From: a virus
Length of the DNA stretch: 64,000 nucleotides
IMG/VR virus record: IMGVR_UViG_3300044712_000083
Location: 32,001 to 96,000 of that record
Reading direction: 5' to 3' (one strand)
Shown: one piece after another, positions 16,907 through 26,900 of the stretch
Layout of the letters: each line of letters begins with the position of its first letter
Numbering within the stretch: the stretch's first letter is position 1
The notes under the pieces: generated by a model
What the model saw: the letters and a program-made list of their open reading frames with translations, nothing else
Told to the model about the DNA's origin: nothing
The model's database searches: none
Program-made: the position numbers and the translations under genes

Positions 16907-17769
16907 TATTTTAGAAGGTTATAGTATTCAATAAAATGTTTCTGTCTGTCAGCTAATCCAATAGTTCCACCGTTAACACGTTTAGTTACAGAAGTAACTG
17001 TAGCGTTATCAGCTCCTTTGTCACAAATAGCCCATAGCTTATTACTGTTAAAGAAGAATGCTGCGGAGGCTAAAGGATATTTAGTTGCTACTAAATCTGG
17101 ATCAGCTAGAATATTCTCAGGAACTGTAGCATCAAACTTAGTGTAGTTGTCTTTACCAGTTAACTGAATATATCCTCTTCCTCTAAATTTATATCCATCT
17201 CCTGAAGATTCAGGCCCATTACCCATACGACTAGCGTAAACACGGTTAGCAATTTTTTCAGGTTTACGTTCATAAGCATTTGCAAGTGCTGCAGTTGGGA
17301 AGTATTTTTTAAATATACCTAATAGTCCTTTGGCAGAATAGTTTAAGTTCTCACGAACAGCTTTCCAGTTACCACTCTCATGTCCACATTGTGACAAGAA
17401 GTGAGCAAGACGTAAGTTGTTTGTAATACCAAAACGTGCAGCTGTATCAGGAATCTGTGCAATAACTGCATCAGGTATATGTCCTTTTAATTTATCTAAT
17501 TTGAATCCAGAGTTGTTAGGGATAACTACAGGTGCTGGTGCTGGTGCAGCTTGCACAGGAGCAGGGGCTGCTTGAGGAAGAGCCTCAATACCAAGCTTAG
17601 CTAATGTAAATGGACCAGCGATACCATCAGCCTGTAAGCCATTAGCTTTTTGCCATGCAATTAAAGCAGCTTCAGTCTTAGGACCAAACTTACCAATAGC
17701 TTCTACACCAAGCTTCTCTTGTAACTTAACAACTAATGGACCTTCGTCACCTCTACGTAATGTTGCCAT
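16906..17769 (-). CDS. Endolysin: peptidoglycan-binding domain, Pro/Ala linker and GH19 catalytic domain
   Basis: LRRGDEG...FGPKTEAAL...ADGIAGPFT; AHFLSQCGHES, ENLNYS, FRGRGYIQLTGKDNY, VTKRVNGG. Likely start MATL at 17769. Confidence 0.92.
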   Translation of the reverse strand: MATLRRGDEGPLVVKLQEKLGVEAIGKFGPKTEAALIAWQKANGLQADGIAGPFTLAKLGIEALPQAAPAPVQAAPAPAPVVIPNNSGFKLDKLKGHIPDAVIAQIPDTAARFGITNNLRLAHFLSQCGHESGNWKAVRENLNYSAKGLLGIFKKYFPTAALANAYERKPEKIANRVYASRMGNGPESSGDGYKFRGRGYIQLTGKDNYTKFDATVPENILADPDLVATKYPLASAAFFFNSNKLWAICDKGADNATVTSVTKRVNGGTIGLADRQKHFIEYYNLLK

Positions 17770-18001
17770 TGTATTTCTTTTTCTTAGATGGTTTCTTTTT
17801 CTTAGGAGTAACAACCACTGCTTCACCAGCAATCTTTTCTGCAACAGCTTCAGGAATTTCTACAATTGGAGCTTTCTCAGGCTCTACAATTGGTTCTAAT
17901 TTTGATTCATCCACAGCTAAGTTAGCTTTATATGCAGGAGCAATTGGAGTTTGTTCTTTCTTTCCAAAAAGTAAAGAACGTAAAAAGTTTAAAAATTTCA
18001 T
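17753..18001 (-). CDS. Hypothetical protein in the lysis cassette
   Basis: 82 aa; amphipathic N-terminus and Lys-rich C-terminus; coupled to neighbours. Confidence 0.65.
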   Translation of the reverse strand: MKFLNFLRSLLFGKKEQTPIAPAYKANLAVDESKLEPIVEPEKAPIVEIPEAVAEKIAGEAVVVTPKKKKPSKKKKYNGNIT

Positions 18002-18618
18002 TATTTTTTTAGTTTGATTTTAAAATAAGATTGGATACCATAGGTAATCGATCCATCAACATTCACGCCAACTTTTGCACCGATTATCTGATCCTTTTTG
18101 GTTTTGTATAGAAGACCACCTTCTACACCACTGAAAGAAGACATACTTCGCATGTTAATTCCACCCCCTACATAAACCTGTCTTTGAGGTTCTGCATATT
18201 TAGTTATGGTCATTGTTTCCTTAACTATAGGAATCTTGAAGTTATCTTTGGTAGTACGTTTGCCAAGTTTGTTTTCAGACACAGTGTCTGTAACTTGAAT
18301 GTATCCGTGTGTACCAACTTTAATAGAGTCTTTATAAACACGTTTAGATGCATAGTTCTTAACCAATGCATCATATTGTTTCTTCAACCCATTGTAATTT
18401 GTATCAGGTTGATATTTTGTAACCAACACTTCGTGGTTTACAGGAATCTCATGTACAATAGGAACCTCTTTAACAATAGTTTTTTCGTGCACTTCCCATG
18501 TAGTATCGTGTACAACTAATGTATCTGGACCTTTTACACCTTCATGCTTAGAATTGTTATAGAAATATATAACTAATGTGCCAAGAATGATGATGATTGC
18601 TAATGTTAGTTTTTTCAT
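18001..18618 (-). CDS. Membrane-anchored protein, spanin candidate
   Basis: N-terminal TM segment, extended periplasmic region and C-terminal amphipathic beta-strands; sits between the holin-like genes and the endolysin. Confidence 0.55.
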   Translation of the reverse strand: MKKLTLAIIIILGTLVIYFYNNSKHEGVKGPDTLVVHDTTWEVHEKTIVKEVPIVHEIPVNHEVLVTKYQPDTNYNGLKKQYDALVKNYASKRVYKDSIKVGTHGYIQVTDTVSENKLGKRTTKDNFKIPIVKETMTITKYAEPQRQVYVGGGINMRSMSSFSGVEGGLLYKTKKDQIIGAKVGVNVDGSITYGIQSYFKIKLKK

Positions 18619-18626
18619 AAGAGATG

Positions 18627-18932
18627 TTATCCCTCTTCGTAAGGGGCTGGTTGTTCATTCTTATCACCAGCTTCTCCTTTTGTTTTCTTTCCCATGACGT
18701 TCTCAACGCCAGAGATACCAAAACAACCAAGAACAATGATGGTTAAAGAATTAAATACGTAATCGTTAAGAACCAATTCTTTTCCATAGTATCCTGTAAC
18801 TAAATCTACAGTAACTACAATAAGCATAAACAAGAATGCGATAGCTCCAATGATGGACTTCTCATTCCAATCGTTATCATCTTTAAAAATGCTGAAGAAA
18901 GATTCTTTAGGATCTTCAATTAAATGTTTCAT
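18627..18932 (-). CDS. Holin candidate with two TM segments
   Basis: Two hydrophobic helices and charged termini; upstream of the endolysin. Confidence 0.6.
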   Translation of the reverse strand: MKHLIEDPKESFFSIFKDDNDWNEKSIIGAIAFLFMLIVVTVDLVTGYYGKELVLNDYVFNSLTIIVLGCFGISGVENVMGKKTKGEAGDKNEQPAPYEEG

Positions 18933-19206
18933 ATTTTTTAGGGGTTAGGTCATTATCATTCATCACTGCAACAACCTCATGCATATTTACCTGCTTAGGT
19001 AATTTAGATGGAGGCATTGGTACTTTATACGATGTCTTATATACTTCTCTCTCTAGTCCTTCTATACGTACCACTGTACCAGCAGACACTTCAATTAACT
19101 TATCAACCTTAGTATTCAATGTATTTAATTGATAGCTAAACCAACCAAACACTCCTACAACAGCATAGGATAGAGCATTGTCTTTTAAGTCTTGAAAAGA
19201 GGCCAT
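18916..19206 (-). CDS. Single-TM coiled-coil protein, holin/antiholin candidate
   Basis: One TM segment followed by LNTLNTKVDKL...RIEGLE. Confidence 0.55.
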   Translation of the reverse strand: MASFQDLKDNALSYAVVGVFGWFSYQLNTLNTKVDKLIEVSAGTVVRIEGLEREVYKTSYKVPMPPSKLPKQVNMHEVVAVMNDNDLTPKKYETFN

Positions 19207-19331
19207 AGGTATAGAAAAACCATAGAATCCCCAGCCTTTTCAGGAGGGGATCTATGTAGTTTAACAAAAAGAGAGAATGAAAAATCTTAGGAGGATTCCG
19301 AAGAGTTGAAGTTGGTAGGAAACTTCTGTAG

Positions 19332-19362
19332 CAAATATATGTAAGCTAAATTAAATAAGCAA
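19332..19362 (-). promoter_or_regulatory. Bacteroidota-type promoter for the lysis cassette
   Basis: Minus strand TTG-N20-TATATTTG. Confidence 0.65.
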
Positions 19363-19378
19363 GTAAATTATATAAAAT

Positions 19379-19807
19379 TTATGAAACTAACTTAAATAAC
19401 ACTACATAATTGTCATTGGTGGTAACGCTTTCTAAATCTGAGATAGATAGAGGAGTGTATTCAATTTCTTTCTTCTCATTTAATAATTCTGTATAGCGTT
19501 GTTGAAGTTCAATAAACTTTGGATTGATTTTAGTTTTAGCTTCATCTTCAAACATCTCAACAGTTATATTACCATCTTCTTTTTCTTCACCGTATTCTTT
19601 AATTAACTCAGTTTTTAATTTATCAAGAATTTCTTTTTCTTTTACTAATTCAGTAGCAATTTTTGATAAACGATACTTAGTTGCAAGATTAAGTTTCTCT
19701 TTGAGGAAACCTTCCACAACTCTTTGATTTGTTTGGGGATCTGTAAATCCGTTCAACTCAGCTTCTAATGTAAGAATCTCAGCTAATGATAATTCAATTT
19801 GTGCCAT
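19379..19807 (-). CDS. Acidic helical protein, possible tail-fibre chaperone
   Basis: 142 aa directly downstream of the tail fibre; function inferred from position only. Confidence 0.6.
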   Translation of the reverse strand: MAQIELSLAEILTLEAELNGFTDPQTNQRVVEGFLKEKLNLATKYRLSKIATELVKEKEILDKLKTELIKEYGEEKEDGNITVEMFEDEAKTKINPKFIELQQRYTELLNEKKEIEYTPLSISDLESVTTNDNYVVLFKLVS

Positions 19808-19829
19808 TTTTATTTAGTTAGTTTATTTG

Positions 19830-19837
19830 CAAATATA
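19830..19837 (-). promoter_or_regulatory. Bacteroidota -7 element
   Basis: TATATTTG with 22 nt between it and the ATG at 19807; no clear -33 element. Confidence 0.5.
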
Positions 19838-19842
19838 TAAAA

Positions 19843-22800
19843 TTAATAATAAGTAAACGAAAGTTGGGAAGCATCTCTCGCAAATATCATAATAGTCGCA
19901 GCAGCTTTAAATCCGCCAGCTCCAGTACCCGTTGTTGCTGTAATTATATATCCGTTTCCATCAGTATTCATTTCTCTTTGATATCCACCAACATTATTAC
20001 CTCCAAACCACTGTAAGTCAAAATATTTATCAACATGAACACCACTTCCATCACTCCATCCTCCAAATTGATATGCTACTCCAGAACCTGTACTTGCTGC
20101 TGAATTTGGAGGATAGTTGTCAAAGTTTAATCCAAAAATAAATCCAGTAAAGTAGTTATTTACCCCTGCGTATATTTTTACAAATTTAGTAGAGCCAACC
20201 TTGTTAACTGAATGGCTAACCATCTTCATACCAGCCACGTTGGTATCTACACCTCTAAATCCAACAGGTCCAAATAAATCTAAACCACCAGTATATCCTG
20301 AGCCATTATTATTCATTCTTACCATCCAATAAGAAGAACTATTTAACATACCAGCATAACCAGGTTCGCTATATAATCCTAATAATGAAGTACCTCCATA
20401 TGCATTTCTTAGCCATAATCTAGGGTATCCACCAGTAGCTCCTATATTCCAATCATTTGAACTTGTTGAATAAAAGTGGTTTGTGGTTGCTTGATTATAT
20501 AGTCCAGTTCCAGAATTGTTATTTCTTAACCATCCATTAGCATAGATATCAAAAAATGTTGGGCTACTACCAGTTGCTAAATTTTGATTAATGGAATATG
20601 CAGTGATATTACTTGCGTTACCAGAAATACTTATTCCCCAAGTCCCTGTAGCACCAGTTCCATTTGTTGGAACATATGTACTATTGTCATAAGAGATAGT
20701 AGTACCCGATGCCTTTACAAATCCTGTACCATTTAAAACAGTTCCAGCAGGTATTGTCCAGCTTCTATCTGCTGATAGATCATAAGCTGTACCATTGATT
20801 GTAAGTGTACGAGAAGTTGGTACTTTATTATTAAATGTAGTCCAGTCAGCAGCAGATAATGCTCCTCTGTTAGATGCACTAGCTGTAGGTACATTTAATG
20901 TAATTACAGGCGTTGTAGTTCCGTTTGCTACAGATGATGATATATCTGTACCTGTAGTTCCAATTGTAAGAGCTGCTACAGATGTAACAGTTCCTGTGTT
21001 AGATGTATAACCGTTAGGGTTAGATGCAGGATAGTAAGCTGTTGTATCTAGTGCAAACGTATTAGGTCCTGTCATCTTTACAAATGATTCAGAAACAAAA
21101 GCTAGTGTTGCTAAAGATGTTAAATTTGCAGAACCTGCCTGTTTACTATTGAAAGTGTTCCAATCAGTTGAACTTAAATAACCATCAGTTGATGTAGTAG
21201 ATTGTGTAATAGAGAATGTTCTATTAGCACTTAGATTACCACCACCTTGTAGAGGAGCTGTAGTGGATATAGTTATAGCTGCATTTGCAGGAGTGTATCC
21301 TAATACACCAGAAATAGATTTATTTACCCACAACTGATTACCTGAAATAGTCTCTAAGAATAATCCTTGACCATCTGTTTTAGGAGCAGTGATTAATACA
21401 TCATGTATTTCATTTAACTCAAAACCATTCTGGATGTTTACAAAGATTTCACCATTGTTAGATTGCTTTCTTGTAACAACACCGATGTAAACCATGTGAG
21501 CAGGAGCTACAGGTTTGTTAGCTAGTCCATATAATAATGTACCATTAGGTCCTAACCATACAGGATCCCCCGCAGCGTTTGCAGCAGATGTATTTAGTCC
21601 TGTAACTAAACCATAAGTTACACATTTAACAATATCATTTAATGCACCACCTGTCTCAAGTAAACCGAATGTTTTAGACGATCCTGCTTCTGTTAAGTTT
21701 GAAGATGCTACAACAATTATATTAGTACCATCTGCGCCAGAAACATACACTGGTGTTCCTTTTGTTAAAGCTGCGCCTAACTTAACTTCATTTTTAACTT
21801 GAGTAGCATAGTTATCAATCCATTGTGTATTGTAGTCTGTAGCATCAATTTTAGCTAAGATTTGTCCAGCAGTACCACCAGTAGGTAATGCACCTCCAGT
21901 AGAAATAGTCCACGTTCTATCTGCTGATAAATCATATGATGTACCATTAATAGTTAATGTGCGAGTTGTTGGTACATATCCAGCTAATGCTGCACTAGTA
22001 ATATAACCAGCAGGGTTTGTAGAATTATATGGTGTATAACCTAACGCACCTGTAATATCTCCTGATGAGAGTGTCACAGCTCCTGTACGCGTATTGAATG
22101 ACGTAACACCACCTTGATATTGAGGAATATTTAATACACCAGTTATATTATCATATGTAGCTGCACCAGATGTTCCAGTTGTTGTAAGAGAGATAGCTGT
22201 ACGAGCACGAGCAGGAGTGTAATATAAGTTAGTTAATCCTTCAGGAATATCAGAAGATGCTAACGATACAGCACCTGTCTGACCATTAACAGATACAACA
22301 GCATCTGTATTATCTACTTGTTGCCAAGCTGTACCATCAAAGATAATCCAGTCACCTAAATTCCAGTCTGAGATACCATCAATAGTTGTAGATCCAGGAA
22401 CAGAAACAATATAATACCATCCTGTTGTACCTACACCAGATGTGATAGTTGGCGTATTTGTAGAAGCATTCCAAGTTCCTTTGTAGATAGAGCCGCCAAT
22501 CAAACCATTGATTTGATTCTGCACTTTACCAAATGCTTCTAGAATGCTATCTGTAGCAACTACAGAACCACCAGTAATATTAATACCTGTCAATACTTTG
22601 CCAGTAACAGCAGAGTTAGATAGAGTGACGTTAGCAGAACCAGGTCCTGATGCAGAAGCTTCTCCTGTTAAATCAGTGATATAATTACCAGCAGCCTGTT
22701 TACTGTTAAACGTATTCCAATCTGTAGAAGAAAGATATCCGTCTGTAGATATACTAGCTTGAGAAATTGTAATATTAGGAGTAGTTCCTCCTGAAGAAGC

Positions 22801-23859
22801 TAATGGAGCAGAAGCTGTAACACCTGTAACAGATCCTGTGTTTGTAGCAGCTACTGTAAAGTTTGGATAGGATCCAGTAACATTAATACCCGTACCAGCA
22901 GCAATAGATACAACTTGATCAGGTGCTGTGTTAGTAATAGTAATGTTAGGAGTTGTAGCAGGATTAGTTACACTAACAGAAATACCTGTACCTGCTGTAG
23001 CAGATACGTTAGTTACACTACCTCCACCAGGAAGTGTCCAAGATCTATCAGCTTGAAGAGTTTGTGTAATACCATTAATAGTGATAGTTCTTGTATTAGG
23101 TACAGGTGTGAATCCTAATGCAGAGTTAATATCAAGACCTGTAACAGGTGTAGCACCTGTAACTAATCCTTTTGCATTAACCTTAAATTTTAAAAAAGTG
23201 TTATTTGTATAAACATTTAGGTTAACATCATTCAATGTTAATGTTGTTGTAGATCCCGTTGATCCACTACCATATACATCTCCTGTGAACGATAGAACAG
23301 AAGACGGTAAGCTAATAGCTGTAGAAGTTACAGCAGTAACTCTACCTTTAGAGTCCACTGTAATACGTGGTACATGTGTACCATCTCCATATATTCCAGG
23401 ATTACTATTTACACTAGCTAACGTAGCAACAGCTGTCCCTGGACCAGATGCAACAACATCTCCAGATAAGTTTGTAATATATGCACCTGCAACTTGATAA
23501 GGTGTAGAGTCTAATGTACCATCTCCTTTTAGAAACTCAGAAGCTGTACCACCAGCTGTAGCAAGTTTAGAACCAATGATTGGACCAACAAACGATAATG
23601 TGAAATTACCACCAATGGTTGTATCTTCAATCAACGAACCACCAAGCTTAACTGGCTGACCAGGAGATAGTTGCACAACACCGTTGGTAAATATATATCC
23701 AACATGAGAATCTCCAAACTTAGCATCTATCTTTTGTAGAGCAGTTTGAATAGAATCATTTTGAGTAATACCAGTGTATGTCAAAGTGTTACCTTCGTAG
23801 AACACGCAGGTAGAGTTCAATATAACTGGGCACATATCAGCCGTGCATAATATATCCAT
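19843..23859 (-). CDS. Tail fibre protein
   Basis: Gly/Thr/Ser-rich, with modular repeats (RTLTINGT.YDLSADR.W x3, DGYLSSTDWNTFNSKQ, SVNGQTGAV, ALGYTP). Likely start MDILC at 23859. Confidence 0.85.
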   Translation of the reverse strand: MDILCTADMCPVILNSTCVFYEGNTLTYTGITQNDSIQTALQKIDAKFGDSHVGYIFTNGVVQLSPGQPVKLGGSLIEDTTIGGNFTLSFVGPIIGSKLATAGGTASEFLKGDGTLDSTPYQVAGAYITNLSGDVVASGPGTAVATLASVNSNPGIYGDGTHVPRITVDSKGRVTAVTSTAISLPSSVLSFTGDVYGSGSTGSTTTLTLNDVNLNVYTNNTFLKFKVNAKGLVTGATPVTGLDINSALGFTPVPNTRTITINGITQTLQADRSWTLPGGGSVTNVSATAGTGISVSVTNPATTPNITITNTAPDQVVSIAAGTGINVTGSYPNFTVAATNTGSVTGVTASAPLASSGGTTPNITISQASISTDGYLSSTDWNTFNSKQAAGNYITDLTGEASASGPGSANVTLSNSAVTGKVLTGINITGGSVVATDSILEAFGKVQNQINGLIGGSIYKGTWNASTNTPTITSGVGTTGWYYIVSVPGSTTIDGISDWNLGDWIIFDGTAWQQVDNTDAVVSVNGQTGAVSLASSDIPEGLTNLYYTPARARTAISLTTTGTSGAATYDNITGVLNIPQYQGGVTSFNTRTGAVTLSSGDITGALGYTPYNSTNPAGYITSAALAGYVPTTRTLTINGTSYDLSADRTWTISTGGALPTGGTAGQILAKIDATDYNTQWIDNYATQVKNEVKLGAALTKGTPVYVSGADGTNIIVVASSNLTEAGSSKTFGLLETGGALNDIVKCVTYGLVTGLNTSAANAAGDPVWLGPNGTLLYGLANKPVAPAHMVYIGVVTRKQSNNGEIFVNIQNGFELNEIHDVLITAPKTDGQGLFLETISGNQLWVNKSISGVLGYTPANAAITISTTAPLQGGGNLSANRTFSITQSTTSTDGYLSSTDWNTFNSKQAGSANLTSLATLAFVSESFVKMTGPNTFALDTTAYYPASNPNGYTSNTGTVTSVAALTIGTTGTDISSSVANGTTTPVITLNVPTASASNRGALSAADWTTFNNKVPTSRTLTINGTAYDLSADRSWTIPAGTVLNGTGFVKASGTTISYDNSTYVPTNGTGATGTWGISISGNASNITAYSINQNLATGSSPTFFDIYANGWLRNNNSGTGLYNQATTNHFYSTSSNDWNIGATGGYPRLWLRNAYGGTSLLGLYSEPGYAGMLNSSSYWMVRMNNNGSGYTGGLDLFGPVGFRGVDTNVAGMKMVSHSVNKVGSTKFVKIYAGVNNYFTGFIFGLNFDNYPPNSAASTGSGVAYQFGGWSDGSGVHVDKYFDLQWFGGNNVGGYQREMNTDGNGYIITATTGTGAGGFKAAATIMIFARDASQLSFTYY

Positions 23860-23905
23860 GGTATGCAATTAAATTTTAATATAAAAATACGGAATTGTGT
23901 TGAGT

Positions 23906-23935
23906 TGTAGGATAGTTATAGAAAACTATCCTACA
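23906..23935. other. Perfect 12-bp hairpin without a U-tract
   Basis: TGTAGGATAGTT-ATAGAA-AACTATCCTACA, just downstream of the stop of 23944..29469. Confidence 0.7.
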
Positions 23936-23943
23936 TAATATAG

Positions 23944-26900
23944 CTATCGCATATTGTTCTCTGCCTGAATTGTAATATCAAATTCTTTAGCAAAGTCATT
24001 ACTAAATGATGCACCTAAGTTAATCACTGGTTTGAAACCTGGAGTTAACTTCATCAATGTTTTAATAGGGTAAACTTTCTTTCTAACTTCTTCAGGAGTT
24101 GTTTCTGCATCAAAATCTTGTCCTGTAATTTCTTGACCTAATTGTCCAGCAAACTTAAATACGTCTGCAAACAATCCTAATGCAGGAAGTTTATCTCCAG
24201 AAAGAATACGCTCAATCTCCATAGGGTTATAGAAGAATGAAAGCTCATCTGTAAACTTGTTCAGCATACGTTCTGTGTAACGCTTAGCGTTCTTCGTAGC
24301 TTTATCATCATCATCGTCTGGAGCAATCAAACCAAATCCACCTGTGAACAAGATTGTCATCAATGTAAATAATATACCAAGCTCTTTAATCTGATTACGA
24401 AGGTTGTTTACAATCATATCAGTGAAATCAGCTTTGGACATATTCATCTCTGTTCCTGTACGATCTTTCCACTCTTTCTTATACTTAAGGAATAGCTCAT
24501 CAATGATCGCCATACCCTTCTCATTAGCAGTTAGAATGTTAGTGATGTTAGAGGATAAGTCACGAACACTAGTTACCCATACAGTTGTTAATAATCTAAG
24601 ACGACCTATATCATATCTTTCTCCAGTTACTTTTCCTGTTACAGGATCAATACGTACAGAGAAGTCATCACTTGTTTTCTTGAACTCTGAGAAACGTACA
24701 TCAACAAGACGAGGAATCCAGTTTTGGAATACCATCGCACTTCTTGCCCAGATGTTCATACCTGCTTTATTAATATCACCGTTAGATAAGTTACCCGTGA
24801 TACTTCTAGCAATGTTTCTTGATAGATTAGTTAGACGTTGTGTCTCATCTAAGTTATTCAAGTCTAATCCAGGGATAACAAGCTTACCGTTTTCTAAACG
24901 TTTAGTAACCCACATGGACTTTGTCTTCTTAAGCTCCTCAATCTCTTCATTAATTTTTTTCTTACTTTCTCTGTATAGAGCAGAAGAGTCAGCTCTGTTC
25001 TGATACTTAGCACTCACATACTGTTTGATATTAACAATGTTACCATCAACAACCATGGAGTTCTTCATCAATGTCAAGAACACAGCTTTATCAATAAACT
25101 CTTCGGGCTTTCTCATGAAGAACATTAACATGTCTCCAAGGTTAGCTCTAGTAAGTGCTGAGATACCTGCCTCCTCATATAGCTTCTTAAACGGACTATC
25201 TTTAAGTGGCATGAATGTTTCCATCAATTGAACGAATGTTTCTGCACTTTCTTCATTTTGAAATATACCACTCATTAAATCAGCCTCACTACTTAAGAAC
25301 TCTCTACTTTTAAAGTATGTACCAGCTAATGCAGACATCTGAATGTTTGCACCAAATAAGTTGGCAAGACCAGAGAACGGATCAAGACCTAATGCTTTCA
25401 ACTGATACCACTTATTGATCTTCTCCATTGTCTTAACTGCAGACAAAGGTGTAGGATTCTCTTTGTACACTTCTCTACCAGCAGCCTTGTTAATCAATCG
25501 CTTAATGATATTCATAGGATTACCTATAGCAGTATCTGCATCAGATAAAGGATATCTTTGCTGTAACACTAATGCTTTGTAGAAGTTATCATACGTCTCA
25601 GTGTTTTCTTTATTCTCTGTAGTAATAACTACTGGTGTACCATCTTCTTTAGTAACAACGTCACCAAGTCTAGTTGTTTGTAAGTGTCCTTTGAACTCTT
25701 CAATTGTACTAAGTAGTTTCAACTGACCAGACACTTCTTTCAAATACTTGTACTTCTGTACGTGTTGAATATATAACACCAAGTTTGCAAAGATGTCCTC
25801 ACTAATTTGTGAAAAGTCTGTAGTATCACCAGCTTCTTTCTTTGTAAAGTCTTTGGTGTAGTATTTAGGAATACCGTTCTCAATCTGTTGTGTAAATTGG
25901 TTAATCTCACCAAGTCCAACATCTTTAGATGTAATTCTTAAATCATCTCCAATCTTACCTAAGTTCTCATAGAAATTAGCAATAGCAGAACCCACACCAT
26001 CAAATGCAACCTCCTCAGCCATAGTCTTAGCAACAAATGGTAAGAAGGTTTTCTTAATCATGTTACTAATGTATCCTTCTTCTGCAGCAATATTGTTTAC
26101 TTTCTCAATAAAGTTATAGAGCTTTAATAATCCTGGATCCTGCATAATTCTTTTGTATTCTTCTGAATACCATTTCTCAAGAGGATGACGCTTAACAATA
26201 TAGTTATTCCAACCATCAAAGTCTACACGGTCAATATCATATTTACGTTTCTGTTGTTCAATTAAGAACTTTCTACGTTTGATAGTCTCATCGTCATTAC
26301 CTGGATTGTTTCTTTCTATAGATTTTATTTGTCTATCAAGAACTTCAGCAGCCTCTTTCTTATAAGCTTCTACATCAATATTATTTAGTAACCAGTTCTT
26401 ATCTCCACCTTCTGGATCATTAGCATTCTTATCAACAGCCTCACGGAATTCTTTAGTATAAACATATACTAAGTTATTCATTCTCTTACCCTCATCATCT
26501 TTTTGATAGATGCTTCTAATCTTCTCCATGACGTTACCACCTTCCATCAGTTCTTTTCTGATTTCCAATAGTTCATTAACTAAAGCAATGCCATCTTTAG
26601 AAGCTTTATTTTCTGCAGCTTGTGTAACCTTAAATAAGATTTGTAAAGACTTCGAACCTAAGTCAGATACTCCACGGAACCAAGAGCTAATACCTTTGAT
26701 TACAGCTTCTGGATCCATCAATCCACCAACTAAGTTTCTCCATCCAATATACTTATCACCAAACCCGCCTTTACCTATTAATAACTTCTTAACACTTTGT
26801 TGAGTTCTAGCAATAGCACTTGCTTCTAATGTAAGTTCTTCTAATACACGTTTTCTTTCTGCAACTTGTTTCTTCTCCTCTTTAGTCTTAGCACTTTCTG

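Noticed and set aside
17770-17844. Extended endolysin N-terminus from the ORF track
   Set aside because: It overlaps the upstream gene out of frame; the domain begins at MATL (17769).
24404-25003. 199-aa plus-strand ORF and the other short plus-strand or nested ORFs in the track
   Set aside because: Fully inside long minus-strand genes, with no recognisable motifs or expression signals.
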